In this document: piece by piece, positions 26,623 to 35,219 of the stretch
How positions within the stretch are numbered: position 1 is the stretch's first letter
How the letters are laid out: the number at the start of each line of letters is the position of its first letter
Assembly (NCBI GenBank): GCA_043822125.1
Contig: JBDRCB010000009.1
Coordinates: forward strand, 15,736 to 79,735
Origin: an archaeon
GTDB lineage: Archaea; Nanobdellota; Nanobdellia; Pacearchaeales; GW2011-AR1
Direction of reading: 5' to 3'
DNA length: 64,000 bases
Made by a program: the position numbers and the translations under genes
The notes under the pieces: model-generated
Databases searched by the model: none
What the model was told of the DNA's origin: nothing
Seen by the model: the letters and a program-made list of their open reading frames with translations, nothing else

Positions 26623-28335
26623 ATGAGGTATCAAAAACTTGCAGAAATCTATGAAGAATTAAGCTCTACTACAAAACGTCTTGAAAAAATAAAAATTCTT
26701 TCAAAGTTTTTAGAGCACATTAGTCAAGAAGATAAAGATATATTATATTTGCTATTGGGAAAAATCTATCCTGAATATGACGAAAGAAGAATTGGAATAA
26801 GCAATCAACTCGCGATAAAAGCAATTTCAAAATCCACAGGAGACCGTGAAGAGAAAGTTAAATCTGAATGGAAAACCATCGGAGACTTGGGGGAAGTAGC
26901 AGAAAAGCTGACAAGAAAAAAAAGCCAGTCAACATTAAAGACGCATGTTTTAGAAACAAAAAAAGTTTTGGAAAATCTCCGCAAACTGCCTGAATTAGAA
27001 GGCAAAGGAACTGTAAGTAAAAAAATTTCATTGATAACAGAACTCCTAACTTCTGCCTCGCCGTTAGAGGCAAAATACCTAGTTAGAAGTTTAATTGGAG
27101 ATTTAAGAATTGGAGTTAAGGAGAGTACAATTAGAGAAGCTATGGCAAAGGCATTTTTTTCTGAAAAACAAAAAGAAGCTTCAGATAAAATTCAAAAAGC
27201 AATAGACAGTGCAAATGATTTAGCTGAAGTTTTTGAAAAAGTTAAGAAAGGCAAAATTGAAGAATTAAAAAAAATTCTTCTTCAAATAGGAAAGCCAATA
27301 AAAGTAATGCTTGCACAAAAAGTAAAAACAATCAAAGAAGGATTTGAAAAATTAGGAAAACCATGTGCAATAGAATATAAATATGACGGATTTAGATTGC
27401 TCATCCACAAACAAAAAGAAAAAATAATTTTATTTACAAGACGTCTTGAAAATGTAACAAAACAATTTCCAGAGGTTGTAGATTATATTAAAAAATATGT
27501 AAAAGGAGAGTCATTCATCCTTGATTCAGAAGCAGTCGGCTTTGACAAAAAAACAAAAGAATACAAACCTTTCCAGTATATAAGTCAGAGAATAAGAAGA
27601 AAACACAATATTGAAAAACTCCAGGAGGAGCTCCCAATAGAAATAAATGTTTTTGACATTCTCTACTACGACGGCAAATCCTTGCTTGACAAGACTTTTG
27701 AAGAAAGAACTAATTTAATAAAAAGAATAATAAAAAATCATCCTTGCAAAATTATACATGCAAAACAAATTATAACCAGCAACGAAAAAAAAGCAGAGGA
27801 GTTTTATAAAAAAGCACTAGAAAATAATCAAGAAGGAATTATGATGAAAAATCTCAGCTCTCCTTACAAGCCAGGAAGCAGAGTGGGGCATATGCTAAAA
27901 ATAAAACCAGAGGAAAGAGACTTGGATTTAGTAATAACAGGTGCAGAATATGGAAAAGGAAAACGCTCTAGTTGGTTTTCAAGTTTTATACTTTCATGCA
28001 GAGGAAAAAGCAAAGGTGAGTATCTAGAAATAGGAAAAGTCGGAACAGGCATTAAAGAAAAATCAGAACAAGGAATATCATTTGACGAACTGACTAAAAA
28101 AATAACACCCTTAATAATAGAAGAAAGAGGGAAAGGAGTAAAAATAAAACCTGAAATTATCGTAGCTGTAACTTATCAGGAAATTCAAAAATCTCCTAAC
28201 TACAATTCAGGATTTGCCCTGAGATTTCCAAGATTTACTGCACTGCGTCAGGACAAACCCCTTTCTGAAATAAACAGCATTGAAGAAATAAAAAAAGATT
28301 TTGAAAATCAAAAAAGAAATTACAGGTATGGGTAG
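26623..28335 (+). CDS. lig: ATP-dependent DNA ligase
   Basis: Adenylation motif I EYKYDGFR, the DSEAV, MMKNL and LKIKPE motifs, plus an N-terminal DNA-binding domain. Confidence 0.9.
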   Translation: MRYQKLAEIYEELSSTTKRLEKIKILSKFLEHISQEDKDILYLLLGKIYPEYDERRIGISNQLAIKAISKSTGDREEKVKSEWKTIGDLGEVAEKLTRKKSQSTLKTHVLETKKVLENLRKLPELEGKGTVSKKISLITELLTSASPLEAKYLVRSLIGDLRIGVKESTIREAMAKAFFSEKQKEASDKIQKAIDSANDLAEVFEKVKKGKIEELKKILLQIGKPIKVMLAQKVKTIKEGFEKLGKPCAIEYKYDGFRLLIHKQKEKIILFTRRLENVTKQFPEVVDYIKKYVKGESFILDSEAVGFDKKTKEYKPFQYISQRIRRKHNIEKLQEELPIEINVFDILYYDGKSLLDKTFEERTNLIKRIIKNHPCKIIHAKQIITSNEKKAEEFYKKALENNQEGIMMKNLSSPYKPGSRVGHMLKIKPEERDLDLVITGAEYGKGKRSSWFSSFILSCRGKSKGEYLEIGKVGTGIKEKSEQGISFDELTKKITPLIIEERGKGVKIKPEIIVAVTYQEIQKSPNYNSGFALRFPRFTALRQDKPLSEINSIEEIKKDFENQKRNYRYG

Positions 28336-28368
28336 AACATTTATAAATTTCTAATCCTGAATTAAATT

Positions 28369-28857
28369 ATGAAAAAGATATATTTTTTAATTTTATCAAT
28401 GGCGGTTTTCTCATTAAGTGTCTTATCTGCAGAGTGCACTCCTGACTGGACATGCACAGAATGGAGCCCGTGTATTGATGGAGAACAAATTAGAAGTTGT
28501 GTTGATTTAAACCTCTGCGGTGGTGATTCAGAAAAGCCAGAAGAAAAAAAAGACTGTGGTGTGTGTACCCCAGACTGGCAGTGTGAAGAATGGGTTCCTG
28601 AAGAATGCCCAAAAACAAAAATTCAGACGAGAAATTGCATAGACTCAAACAACTGCGGAACAAGCAAGGACCGCCCGATTGAAACAAAATTCTGCGAGAT
28701 AGAAACAAATTTAGCATGGCTCTTTACTATCATAATTATTATTATAATTCTCCTGATAATCGTAGACATTTCTCTTATTATCTCTGCAACAAAAAAACCA
28801 AAGAAAACAGAAATTAAAAGGGAGAGAAAAGAAAATCAAGAAGTTTCAAAATATTAG
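28369..28857 (+). CDS. secreted/membrane-anchored Cys-rich protein with two CTPDWxCxEW repeats
   Basis: Signal peptide, two roughly 45-aa repeats with 6 Cys each (CTPDWTCTEWSPC...C..LNLCG / CTPDWQCEEWVPEEC...C..SNNCG), a C-terminal TM segment (IIIIIIILLIIV) and a basic tail. Confidence 0.6.
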   Translation: MKKIYFLILSMAVFSLSVLSAECTPDWTCTEWSPCIDGEQIRSCVDLNLCGGDSEKPEEKKDCGVCTPDWQCEEWVPEECPKTKIQTRNCIDSNNCGTSKDRPIETKFCEIETNLAWLFTIIIIIIILLIIVDISLIISATKKPKKTEIKRERKENQEVSKY

Positions 28858-28867
28858 TTCTAAAAAC

Positions 28868-28880
28868 CTTTATAAATATA
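28868..28880 (+). promoter_or_regulatory. TATA-box-like element centred about 23 nt upstream of the tbp ATG
   Basis: ctttataaatata. Confidence 0.4.
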
Positions 28881-28896
28881 ATTCATTATAAATAAT

Positions 28897-29454
28897 ATGG
28901 CAAAAGGTAAAAGCAATTACAAAATTCAAAATATTGTTGCAACTACTTCTTTAGGGAAGCCAGTCCCATTGACAAAACTCGCCAGAACACAGCCAAACAC
29001 AGAATACAACCCTGAAACATTCCCAGGACTTGTTCTGAGGATTAAAGAGCCAAAATCTGCGGTTCTTGTTTTCTCTTCTGGAAATCTAGTATGTACAGGA
29101 ACAAAATCAATTACACAAGTAAAACAGGTGATTAATGCAGTAATAAAACAATTAAAAAAAATCAATGTTAATATAAGCATAACTCCAAAAATCACGGTCC
29201 AGAACATCGTTGCATCAGGTTCAATTGACTTAAAATTAAATCTTAATTTCCTGGCATTGGAAATGCAGAACACAGAATATGAACCAGAGCAGTTTCCAGG
29301 CCTTGTCTACAAATTAATGAAGCCAAACGCTACTTTTCTTTTGTTCAGCAACGGAAAATTAGTCTGCACAGGAACTAAAAACAAACAGCAGCTTGAATTC
29401 AGCATGACTCAGCTCCTAAAAGATGTAAAAACAGCACTTAAAAATTACAAATAA
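28897..29454 (+). CDS. tbp: TATA-box binding protein
   Basis: Two direct repeats: IQNIVATTSLG...FPGLVLRIKEPKSAVLVFSSGNLVCTGTKS and VQNIVASGSID...FPGLVYKLMKPNATFLLFSNGKLVCTGTKN. Confidence 0.9.
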   Translation: MAKGKSNYKIQNIVATTSLGKPVPLTKLARTQPNTEYNPETFPGLVLRIKEPKSAVLVFSSGNLVCTGTKSITQVKQVINAVIKQLKKINVNISITPKITVQNIVASGSIDLKLNLNFLALEMQNTEYEPEQFPGLVYKLMKPNATFLLFSNGKLVCTGTKNKQQLEFSMTQLLKDVKTALKNYK

Positions 29455-29486
29455 TCATTTTAAACTACTCAATACCCCACACAAAT

Positions 29487-29500
29487 CTATAAAAATAAAT
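29487..29500 (+). promoter_or_regulatory. TATA-box-like element centred about 24 nt upstream of the mcm ATG
   Basis: tctataaaaataaa. Confidence 0.4.
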
Positions 29501-29516
29501 ATCTTCTTTAAAATAT

Positions 29517-31547
29517 ATGGATGGGGCAGAAGTTCAGAAAAAACCAAAACAAGAAGAATTAATTATAGAGGCAAAGAAATTTTTCGATTTTCACAAAAAA
29601 GAGCTCGGAGAATCTTTAAGAAAAGGGAAAAATGTAATTTATCTTGATTTTAGCAAAATTGCAGAATTTTCAAATATACTCTCAGAAGAAATTCTTACAA
29701 ATCCAGAAGAAACAACAAGTTTAATTGAATCTGCAATAGAAGAATCTCCTCTTGTTGAAAATGCAAGAATACGGCTTTATAACCTGCCAAAAGATAAAGA
29801 CGTAAAAATCAGAAACATCCGCTCAAGGCATTTGAATGAGATGATAGTAATAGAAGGAATTATAAGACAAGCATCAGATGTTCGTCCGCAGGTTGTTAAT
29901 GCAAAATTTGAATGTCCAAGTTGCGGGACAATCATTTCTGTTCTTCAGATAGAAAAAAAATTTCGCGAACCTTCGCGGTGCTCTTGCGGAAGAAGAGGAG
30001 GATTTAAAATGATATCAAAAGAAATGGTGGACACTCAAAGATTAGTGGTAGAAGAATCTCCTGAATCTTTAACAGGAGGAGAACAACCGAAGAGGATAAA
30101 CATATTTGTCAAAGAAGATTTAGTAGAGCCAAAGATGGAGGAGAAAACAACACCAGGAAGTAGAGTGAAAATTATAGGTACTCTCAAAGAAGTTCCTGTT
30201 CCACTCAGCACAGGCGGATTATCAACAAGATTTGAATTGGCGATAGAAGCAAATAACTTAATTCCATTAGAAGAAACATTTGAAGAATTAGACATTGGCG
30301 AAGAAGATGAAAGGCAGATTTTAGAATTATCAGAAGACCCGCAGATATTTGAAAAACTCGCAAAAAGCATTACTCCAAGTGTATGGGGTTATGAGGAGAT
30401 AAAAAAATCACTTGTTCTTCAGTTGTTTTCAGGTGTTCAGAAAGTTCATTCTGACGGGCAGAAAAGCAGAGGAGATATTCATATTTTATTAATAGGAGAC
30501 CCTGGTGTTGCGAAAAGTGTGACATTAAATTTCATGGCGAATATTTCTCCAAAAGGGCGCTATGTCGTCGGGAAATCTGCTTCTGGAGCAGGACTGACAG
30601 CAACAGTTGTAAGAGATGAGTATTTAAGAGGATGGAGCTTGGAGGCAGGTGCCATGGTTTTATCAAATAGAGGATTAGTCTGCATAGATGAACTGGAAAA
30701 AATGGACCCGCAGGACAGAAGTGCAATGCATGAAGCAATGGAACAGCAGACAGTTACAATTTCAAAAGCTAATGTGCAGGCAACATTGCGTGCAGAAACA
30801 TCTGTCCTCGCTGCAGCAAACCCAAAGTTCGGAAGATTTGACCCATATCAGCCAATTGCACAGCAGATTGACCTTCCTCCTACTTTAATCAACAGATTTG
30901 ATATTATCTTTACACTCAGAGATCTGCCTGATAAAAAAAAGGACGAATTAATAGCAACTCATGTTCTGCACGAGCACCAAAAAAAAGGAGAAGATATGCT
31001 AATAGATAAAAATATTTTCAGAAAGTATGTTGCTTACGCGAAACAGAGAATAAAACCTTTTTTGGATGGGGAGGCGATTGAAGAAATAAAAAAATTTTAT
31101 ATTGATTTGAGAAATCGTCCTGTTGCGTCAGAAAGTGCTGTCCGTCCTATTCCAATTTCAGCAAGGCAGTTGCAGGCACTCATAAGAATGGCAGAAGCAT
31201 CAGCAAAAATGAGATTAAGCGATAAAGTGGAAATCATCGACGCTAAAAGAGCTATTGAAATAATGAAATATTATCTTATGCAAGTGGGTTATGATTATGA
31301 ATCAAAAACTTTTGATATAGACAGAATAACAACAGGAATACCAACTTCGCAGAGAAGCAGAATAATTGCAGTAAGAGAAACAATTTATCATCTGGAGAAT
31401 CGGCTCGGAAAATTAATCCCCGTAGAGGAGATTGAAAAAGAGCTTGAAGGAAAAATAAGTCCACTTGAAATAGAAGAAGCAATCAACAAACTCCAATCAT
31501 CAGGAGATATCTTCAAACCTAAAAGAGGATTTGTCCAAAGAGTATAA
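29517..31547 (+). CDS. mcm: MCM replicative helicase
   Basis: Zinc motif CPSCG...CSCG, Walker A LLIGDPGVAKS, Walker B CIDELEKM, arginine finger region SRFD-like (NRFDIIF) and a C-terminal wH. Confidence 0.9.
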   Translation: MDGAEVQKKPKQEELIIEAKKFFDFHKKELGESLRKGKNVIYLDFSKIAEFSNILSEEILTNPEETTSLIESAIEESPLVENARIRLYNLPKDKDVKIRNIRSRHLNEMIVIEGIIRQASDVRPQVVNAKFECPSCGTIISVLQIEKKFREPSRCSCGRRGGFKMISKEMVDTQRLVVEESPESLTGGEQPKRINIFVKEDLVEPKMEEKTTPGSRVKIIGTLKEVPVPLSTGGLSTRFELAIEANNLIPLEETFEELDIGEEDERQILELSEDPQIFEKLAKSITPSVWGYEEIKKSLVLQLFSGVQKVHSDGQKSRGDIHILLIGDPGVAKSVTLNFMANISPKGRYVVGKSASGAGLTATVVRDEYLRGWSLEAGAMVLSNRGLVCIDELEKMDPQDRSAMHEAMEQQTVTISKANVQATLRAETSVLAAANPKFGRFDPYQPIAQQIDLPPTLINRFDIIFTLRDLPDKKKDELIATHVLHEHQKKGEDMLIDKNIFRKYVAYAKQRIKPFLDGEAIEEIKKFYIDLRNRPVASESAVRPIPISARQLQALIRMAEASAKMRLSDKVEIIDAKRAIEIMKYYLMQVGYDYESKTFDIDRITTGIPTSQRSRIIAVRETIYHLENRLGKLIPVEEIEKELEGKISPLEIEEAINKLQSSGDIFKPKRGFVQRV

Positions 31548-31594
31548 TTAAACATAAAAACTTAAATAATACTCTTTTAAAATATTAAAATAAA

Positions 31595-32221
31595 ATGCCA
31601 GAACCACAATTTAAACGAAATGTCGCATATAAATTAAGAATAGGAGATATATTAATCGGAAAGCCAGTTATGGATGGAGAGAAATTTTCTTTTCTTGAAT
31701 TAGGTGACAAAAGAATAATAAGGGTCAATGTTATTGGAAGTGTAATTGACAAATATGAAAGTGAAGGAGACAGAAAATATTTTTTCTTTACACTCGACGA
31801 CGGCTCTGGGCAGATTCAGGCAAGGGTTTTCGGAGATGATGTGGCGAAGTTTCAAAATGTCTCACAAGGAAAAACAGTATTAGTCATTGGCTTGCTGAGG
31901 ATATGGAATGAAAATGTGTATATCTCCCCTGAAATAATTAAAGAGCAGGACCCAAAATACCTCTTAGTCAGAAAATTAGAAACTGAAAAAGAAAGAGCAA
32001 AAAATTCAATTCAGCTTGGGAGAGAACAAATAATTGCAGTCAAAGACAGGATTCTTCGCTCAATTAAAAATGCTGAAGAAGACGGCGGGATAGAAGTTGA
32101 TAAAATTATAATGGAACTGCGGGAAACTTCTCCTGTGATAATTAATCAGGAAATTCAGAAATTTATTGAAGAAGGAATTGTATTTGAACCTCGTCCTGGA
32201 AAGGTTAGATATTTGGGGTGA
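31595..32221 (+). CDS. RPA32/Stn1-like OB-fold protein with C-terminal winged helix
   Basis: RVNVIGSVIDKYESEGDRKYFFFTLDDGSGQIQARVFG follows the RPA32 OB pattern (v.ivG.V...f.lDDgTG.i). The C-terminus looks like a wH. It lies directly downstream of mcm. Confidence 0.5.
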   Translation: MPEPQFKRNVAYKLRIGDILIGKPVMDGEKFSFLELGDKRIIRVNVIGSVIDKYESEGDRKYFFFTLDDGSGQIQARVFGDDVAKFQNVSQGKTVLVIGLLRIWNENVYISPEIIKEQDPKYLLVRKLETEKERAKNSIQLGREQIIAVKDRILRSIKNAEEDGGIEVDKIIMELRETSPVIINQEIQKFIEEGIVFEPRPGKVRYLG

Positions 32222-32297
32222 TTTAATAAATTCTAAAAAATTAATTAAAGACTATGTGAAAAGAAAGACTTATAATATTAAATTATTTTGAATTTCC

Positions 32298-32708
32298 ATG
32301 ACATCATATGAAAAACTTCTCGAAGAAGCATATAAAAAAGTAAAGCAAATAAACTTATCTGGAGAGAGATTTGAAATCCAGAAAATAGAAGGGCATTTCG
32401 AGGGCAAAAAAACAATTCTCACAAATTTTTTCCAGATTGCGGACCATCTGCGGAGAGAACCAGAGCATTTTCAGAAATTCATGCTGAAAGAACTCGCAGC
32501 ATCAGGACAGCGAGAAGGCGACAGATTAATATTAAATATAAAAGTTCCAAGTGCAAAAATAAATTCAAAAATAGAACAGTATGCAAAAGAATTTGTAATC
32601 TGCAGAGAATGTGGAAAGCCAGACACTGAAATCATAAAGGAAGATAGGATGTCTTTTCTGCACTGTTTAGCCTGTGGGGCAAAACATAGTGTCAGAAGTA
32701 AAATTTAA
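32298..32708 (+). CDS. eif2b: translation initiation factor aIF2 beta subunit
   Basis: YEKLLEEAYKK..., the eIF2-beta/eIF5 fold and the C-terminal CRECGKPDT...CLACGA ribbon. Confidence 0.85.
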   Translation: MTSYEKLLEEAYKKVKQINLSGERFEIQKIEGHFEGKKTILTNFFQIADHLRREPEHFQKFMLKELAASGQREGDRLILNIKVPSAKINSKIEQYAKEFVICRECGKPDTEIIKEDRMSFLHCLACGAKHSVRSKI

Positions 32709-32716
32709 AAGAAAGA

Positions 32717-33040
32717 ATGAAAAAGAATTTATGGAAAACTACATTAAGAATTTTTATATTGGTTTTTCTGCTGTATTTTCTTTACAAATTAAATTTCCCA
32801 GTATATTTCTTAGTAATTATAGCGATAATTGCGTCTACACTTATACTTTTAAGAAAAACCTTTTACAAAAAAATAGAAGATTTTCTGTCGATAAAATTTC
32901 CTTTTTTCAAAAAACAATCTCCTTGGATTAAAAAGATAATCATTATAATAATTCTGATTTTGTTTTATATCTTAATTAAACAAACAGCATTTGCACTTCT
33001 AAAGATTTTCGGGTTGGACATTCAAAAAATAATTTTTTAG
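32717..33040 (+). CDS. small membrane protein, hypothetical
   Basis: 107 aa with three hydrophobic segments. I preferred it to the overlapping 32674..32931 frame. Confidence 0.4.
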   Translation: MKKNLWKTTLRIFILVFLLYFLYKLNFPVYFLVIIAIIASTLILLRKTFYKKIEDFLSIKFPFFKKQSPWIKKIIIIIILILFYILIKQTAFALLKIFGLDIQKIIF

Positions 33041-33175
33041 AATATAACAATTTAATTATTTTCTAAAAGAAAATATTACTCTTCATAAAAACCTACAAAC
33101 TAAATCTTTAAAAACAAATTTCTCCTATAAAGATAAAGAAATTCAATGAATTTCAAATTAAATGGAGGAATAAAA

Positions 33176-33322
33176 ATGGTTGAAGCTTATTGCGTGAAAT
33201 GTAAATCAAAAAAGCAGATGAAAGACCCAAAAGAAACAAAAACCAAGAGAGGCACAAATATGATGAAAGGAAAATGCCCGACTTGCGGAACAACAATGTG
33301 CAGAATGATGGGCAAGAAATAA
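33176..33322 (+). CDS. small zinc-ribbon protein (DUF5679-like)
   Basis: 48-aa ORF absent from the track: MVEAYCVKCKSKKQMKDPKETKTKRGTNMMKGKCPTCGTTMCRMMGKK. GGAGG lies 7 nt upstream of the ATG. Confidence 0.6.
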   Translation: MVEAYCVKCKSKKQMKDPKETKTKRGTNMMKGKCPTCGTTMCRMMGKK

Positions 33323-33348
33323 ATTTATTAATTATTTTTTATTATTCT

Positions 33349-33645
33349 ATGTTTGTGAAAATACATAAATCCTATAGAGAGGTTGTTGCAATCTGCGATT
33401 CTGAAATTCTTGGGAAAAAATTTGAAGAAGGAATGTTTCAGATTGATGTAAAAGAGAATTTTTTTAATGGAAAGAAAATCGAGGAGGAAGAGATGATTGA
33501 GATTCTCAGAAAAATGTCAGCAGAAGACGCAACATTCAACATCGTCGGGGAGATATCAATAAAAACAGCACTGAAAGCAGGAGTAATATCACAAGAAGGA
33601 ATTAAAAAAATCAGTGGAATTCCATTTGCACTTGTTCTTCTATAA
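33349..33645 (+). CDS. DUF424-like protein
   Basis: MFVKIHKSYREVVAICDSEILGKKFEEG...FNIVGE. I moved the start to the internal ATG, because the track's N-terminal extension overlaps the DUF5679 gene. Confidence 0.5.
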   Translation: MFVKIHKSYREVVAICDSEILGKKFEEGMFQIDVKENFFNGKKIEEEEMIEILRKMSAEDATFNIVGEISIKTALKAGVISQEGIKKISGIPFALVLL

Positions 33646-33685
33646 ACATCAAACAATTTATAAATCAATTTATTTTTCAGATAAA

Positions 33686-34003
33686 ATGAACAAACAAAAT
33701 AAATATGAGGAAGTAAAAATTGTAAGAGTAAAGCTTCCAAAAGGAAAAGAAGTCATTGGAATAATAGAACAGAGGTTAGGAGGAAATAAAATGCTTGTGA
33801 ACTGCCTCGACGGAAAATCAAGAAACAGCAGAGTCCCTGGAAGATTGAAGAGAAAACTCTGGCTGAGGCCAAATGATGTTGTGATTGTAGAGCCATGGGA
33901 GCTTGATAATACAAAAGCAGATGTTATCTTTAAATATAGAACAAATGAAATTGAGTGGCTGAAAAAACAAGGATACTTGGAGAAAGAAGAAATTGAATTT
34001 TAA
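33686..34003 (+). CDS. eif1a: translation initiation factor aIF1A
   Basis: GIIEQRLGGNKMLVNCLDGKSRNSRVPGRLKRKLWLRPNDVVIVEPWE is the S1-like OB of eIF-1A. The start is at MNKQNK. Confidence 0.85.
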   Translation: MNKQNKYEEVKIVRVKLPKGKEVIGIIEQRLGGNKMLVNCLDGKSRNSRVPGRLKRKLWLRPNDVVIVEPWELDNTKADVIFKYRTNEIEWLKKQGYLEKEEIEF

Positions 34004-34040
34004 GTTGAAAATTTATAAATACTAAAATCATAGTCTATCT

Positions 34041-35189
34041 ATGAAAAAAAGAGGTCTTTCTGAGGTGATAATAACTTTATTATTAATCGGATTAGCCCTG
34101 ATTGCAATAGGTATTGTGTGGTTCATAGTCCAAAGTCTAATTTCTAAAAGTGCTGAAGATATTTCTTTAGAAGGATTTAAAATAAGCTTAAAAATAAAAT
34201 CAGTTGGAATCAATGGAAACAACATGTCTGTAAGAATTGGAAGAGGTTCTGGAAGCGGAAATCTCTATGGAATAAAATTTCTCATCTATGAAGAAGGAGA
34301 CACCCAATCTTCTGAGCAAACAGGAATTTCCCTCGGTGAATTAGAAACAAGAACTTTTTACATCACATTTACAGGACAGCCTGAGAAAATTTCAATTGCC
34401 CCTATATACATAACAGAATCTGGGAAGAAAGTTCTTGGAAATATTGTAGACACTTATATCATCAAAAGAACAGATGGAAGTATAGAAGAAGGATGTGAAA
34501 CTGATTGTGTTTGTGCAGAAGAAACCTGCATCGGGCAGACATGTATTGACTCTTGCACTGGAGAAACATGCGATGGAGCTTTGCTTCCTGATTGTGGAGA
34601 AAGAGTATGTGGAAATTCTCCAAATGGGTGTGGAAATTGCGGAACATGTGGCGTAGGATATTCATGTGTTGGTGGTGTTTGTATTTATGGTTGCAATCCA
34701 AACTGCGAAGGAAAAGAGTGTGGTGAAGATGGATGCGGAGGACTCTGTGGACTTTGCACTGAAGGAAGTACTTGTCAAGACGGAATCTGTTCAACAGAAC
34801 CATGCACCCCTGACTGCGGAGACAGAGAATGTGGAAATGCTCCGAATGGGTGTGATATATGTGGAGTGTGTGAATCAGATTCTCTTTGCATAGACAGCTA
34901 TTGTGTTAAAAAAGAAGCAGTTGCATTTGGTACAGTTGACTCTGTGTGGCCTCCAGGAATAGGATTATATTTTGACACAGAAGATATATCCAAAAGAGAA
35001 GACTTCACTTCTTTTTATGTAAAATTCACAACAGGCCCAGAAACAAGATGTTTGTTAATAGAAGATTTTATGCTTCCGCAGTTTCCAGAAATATATGACA
35101 AATGTTTAGTTAGACTCGTAACTTACTCAAGTGTGCAGCCAGGAAACAGCTACCAAATCTGGCAGGACTACGGTGGATGCTCTGGTTAA
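34041..35189 (+). CDS. archaeal type IV pilin-like (class III signal peptide) protein with a large Cys-rich repeat region
   Basis: N-terminus MKKRG/LSEVIITLLLIGLALIAIGIV is a prepilin-type signal. The middle region carries repeated CG(E/D)R.CGN.PNGC..CG.C units and many Cys. Confidence 0.65.
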   Translation: MKKRGLSEVIITLLLIGLALIAIGIVWFIVQSLISKSAEDISLEGFKISLKIKSVGINGNNMSVRIGRGSGSGNLYGIKFLIYEEGDTQSSEQTGISLGELETRTFYITFTGQPEKISIAPIYITESGKKVLGNIVDTYIIKRTDGSIEEGCETDCVCAEETCIGQTCIDSCTGETCDGALLPDCGERVCGNSPNGCGNCGTCGVGYSCVGGVCIYGCNPNCEGKECGEDGCGGLCGLCTEGSTCQDGICSTEPCTPDCGDRECGNAPNGCDICGVCESDSLCIDSYCVKKEAVAFGTVDSVWPPGIGLYFDTEDISKREDFTSFYVKFTTGPETRCLLIEDFMLPQFPEIYDKCLVRLVTYSSVQPGNSYQIWQDYGGCSG

Positions 35190-35219
35190 TTTTATAAAAC
35201 ATTTTAAACATTTAATTTC

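Noticed and set aside
32674-32931. 85-aa ORF overlapping the end of aIF2-beta and the membrane-protein ORF at 32717..33040.
   Set aside because: It is in a competing frame. The 32717 frame gives a coherent three-TM protein starting with MKK just after the aIF2-beta stop, whereas this frame gives a low-complexity product.
33274-33348. Track ORF start at 33274 (and likewise 33614) giving long odd N-termini (MPDLRNNNVQ... / MEFHLHLFFYK...).
   Set aside because: The extensions overlap the upstream genes in another frame. The recognisable families (DUF424-like, aIF1A) begin at the internal ATGs 33349 and 33686.
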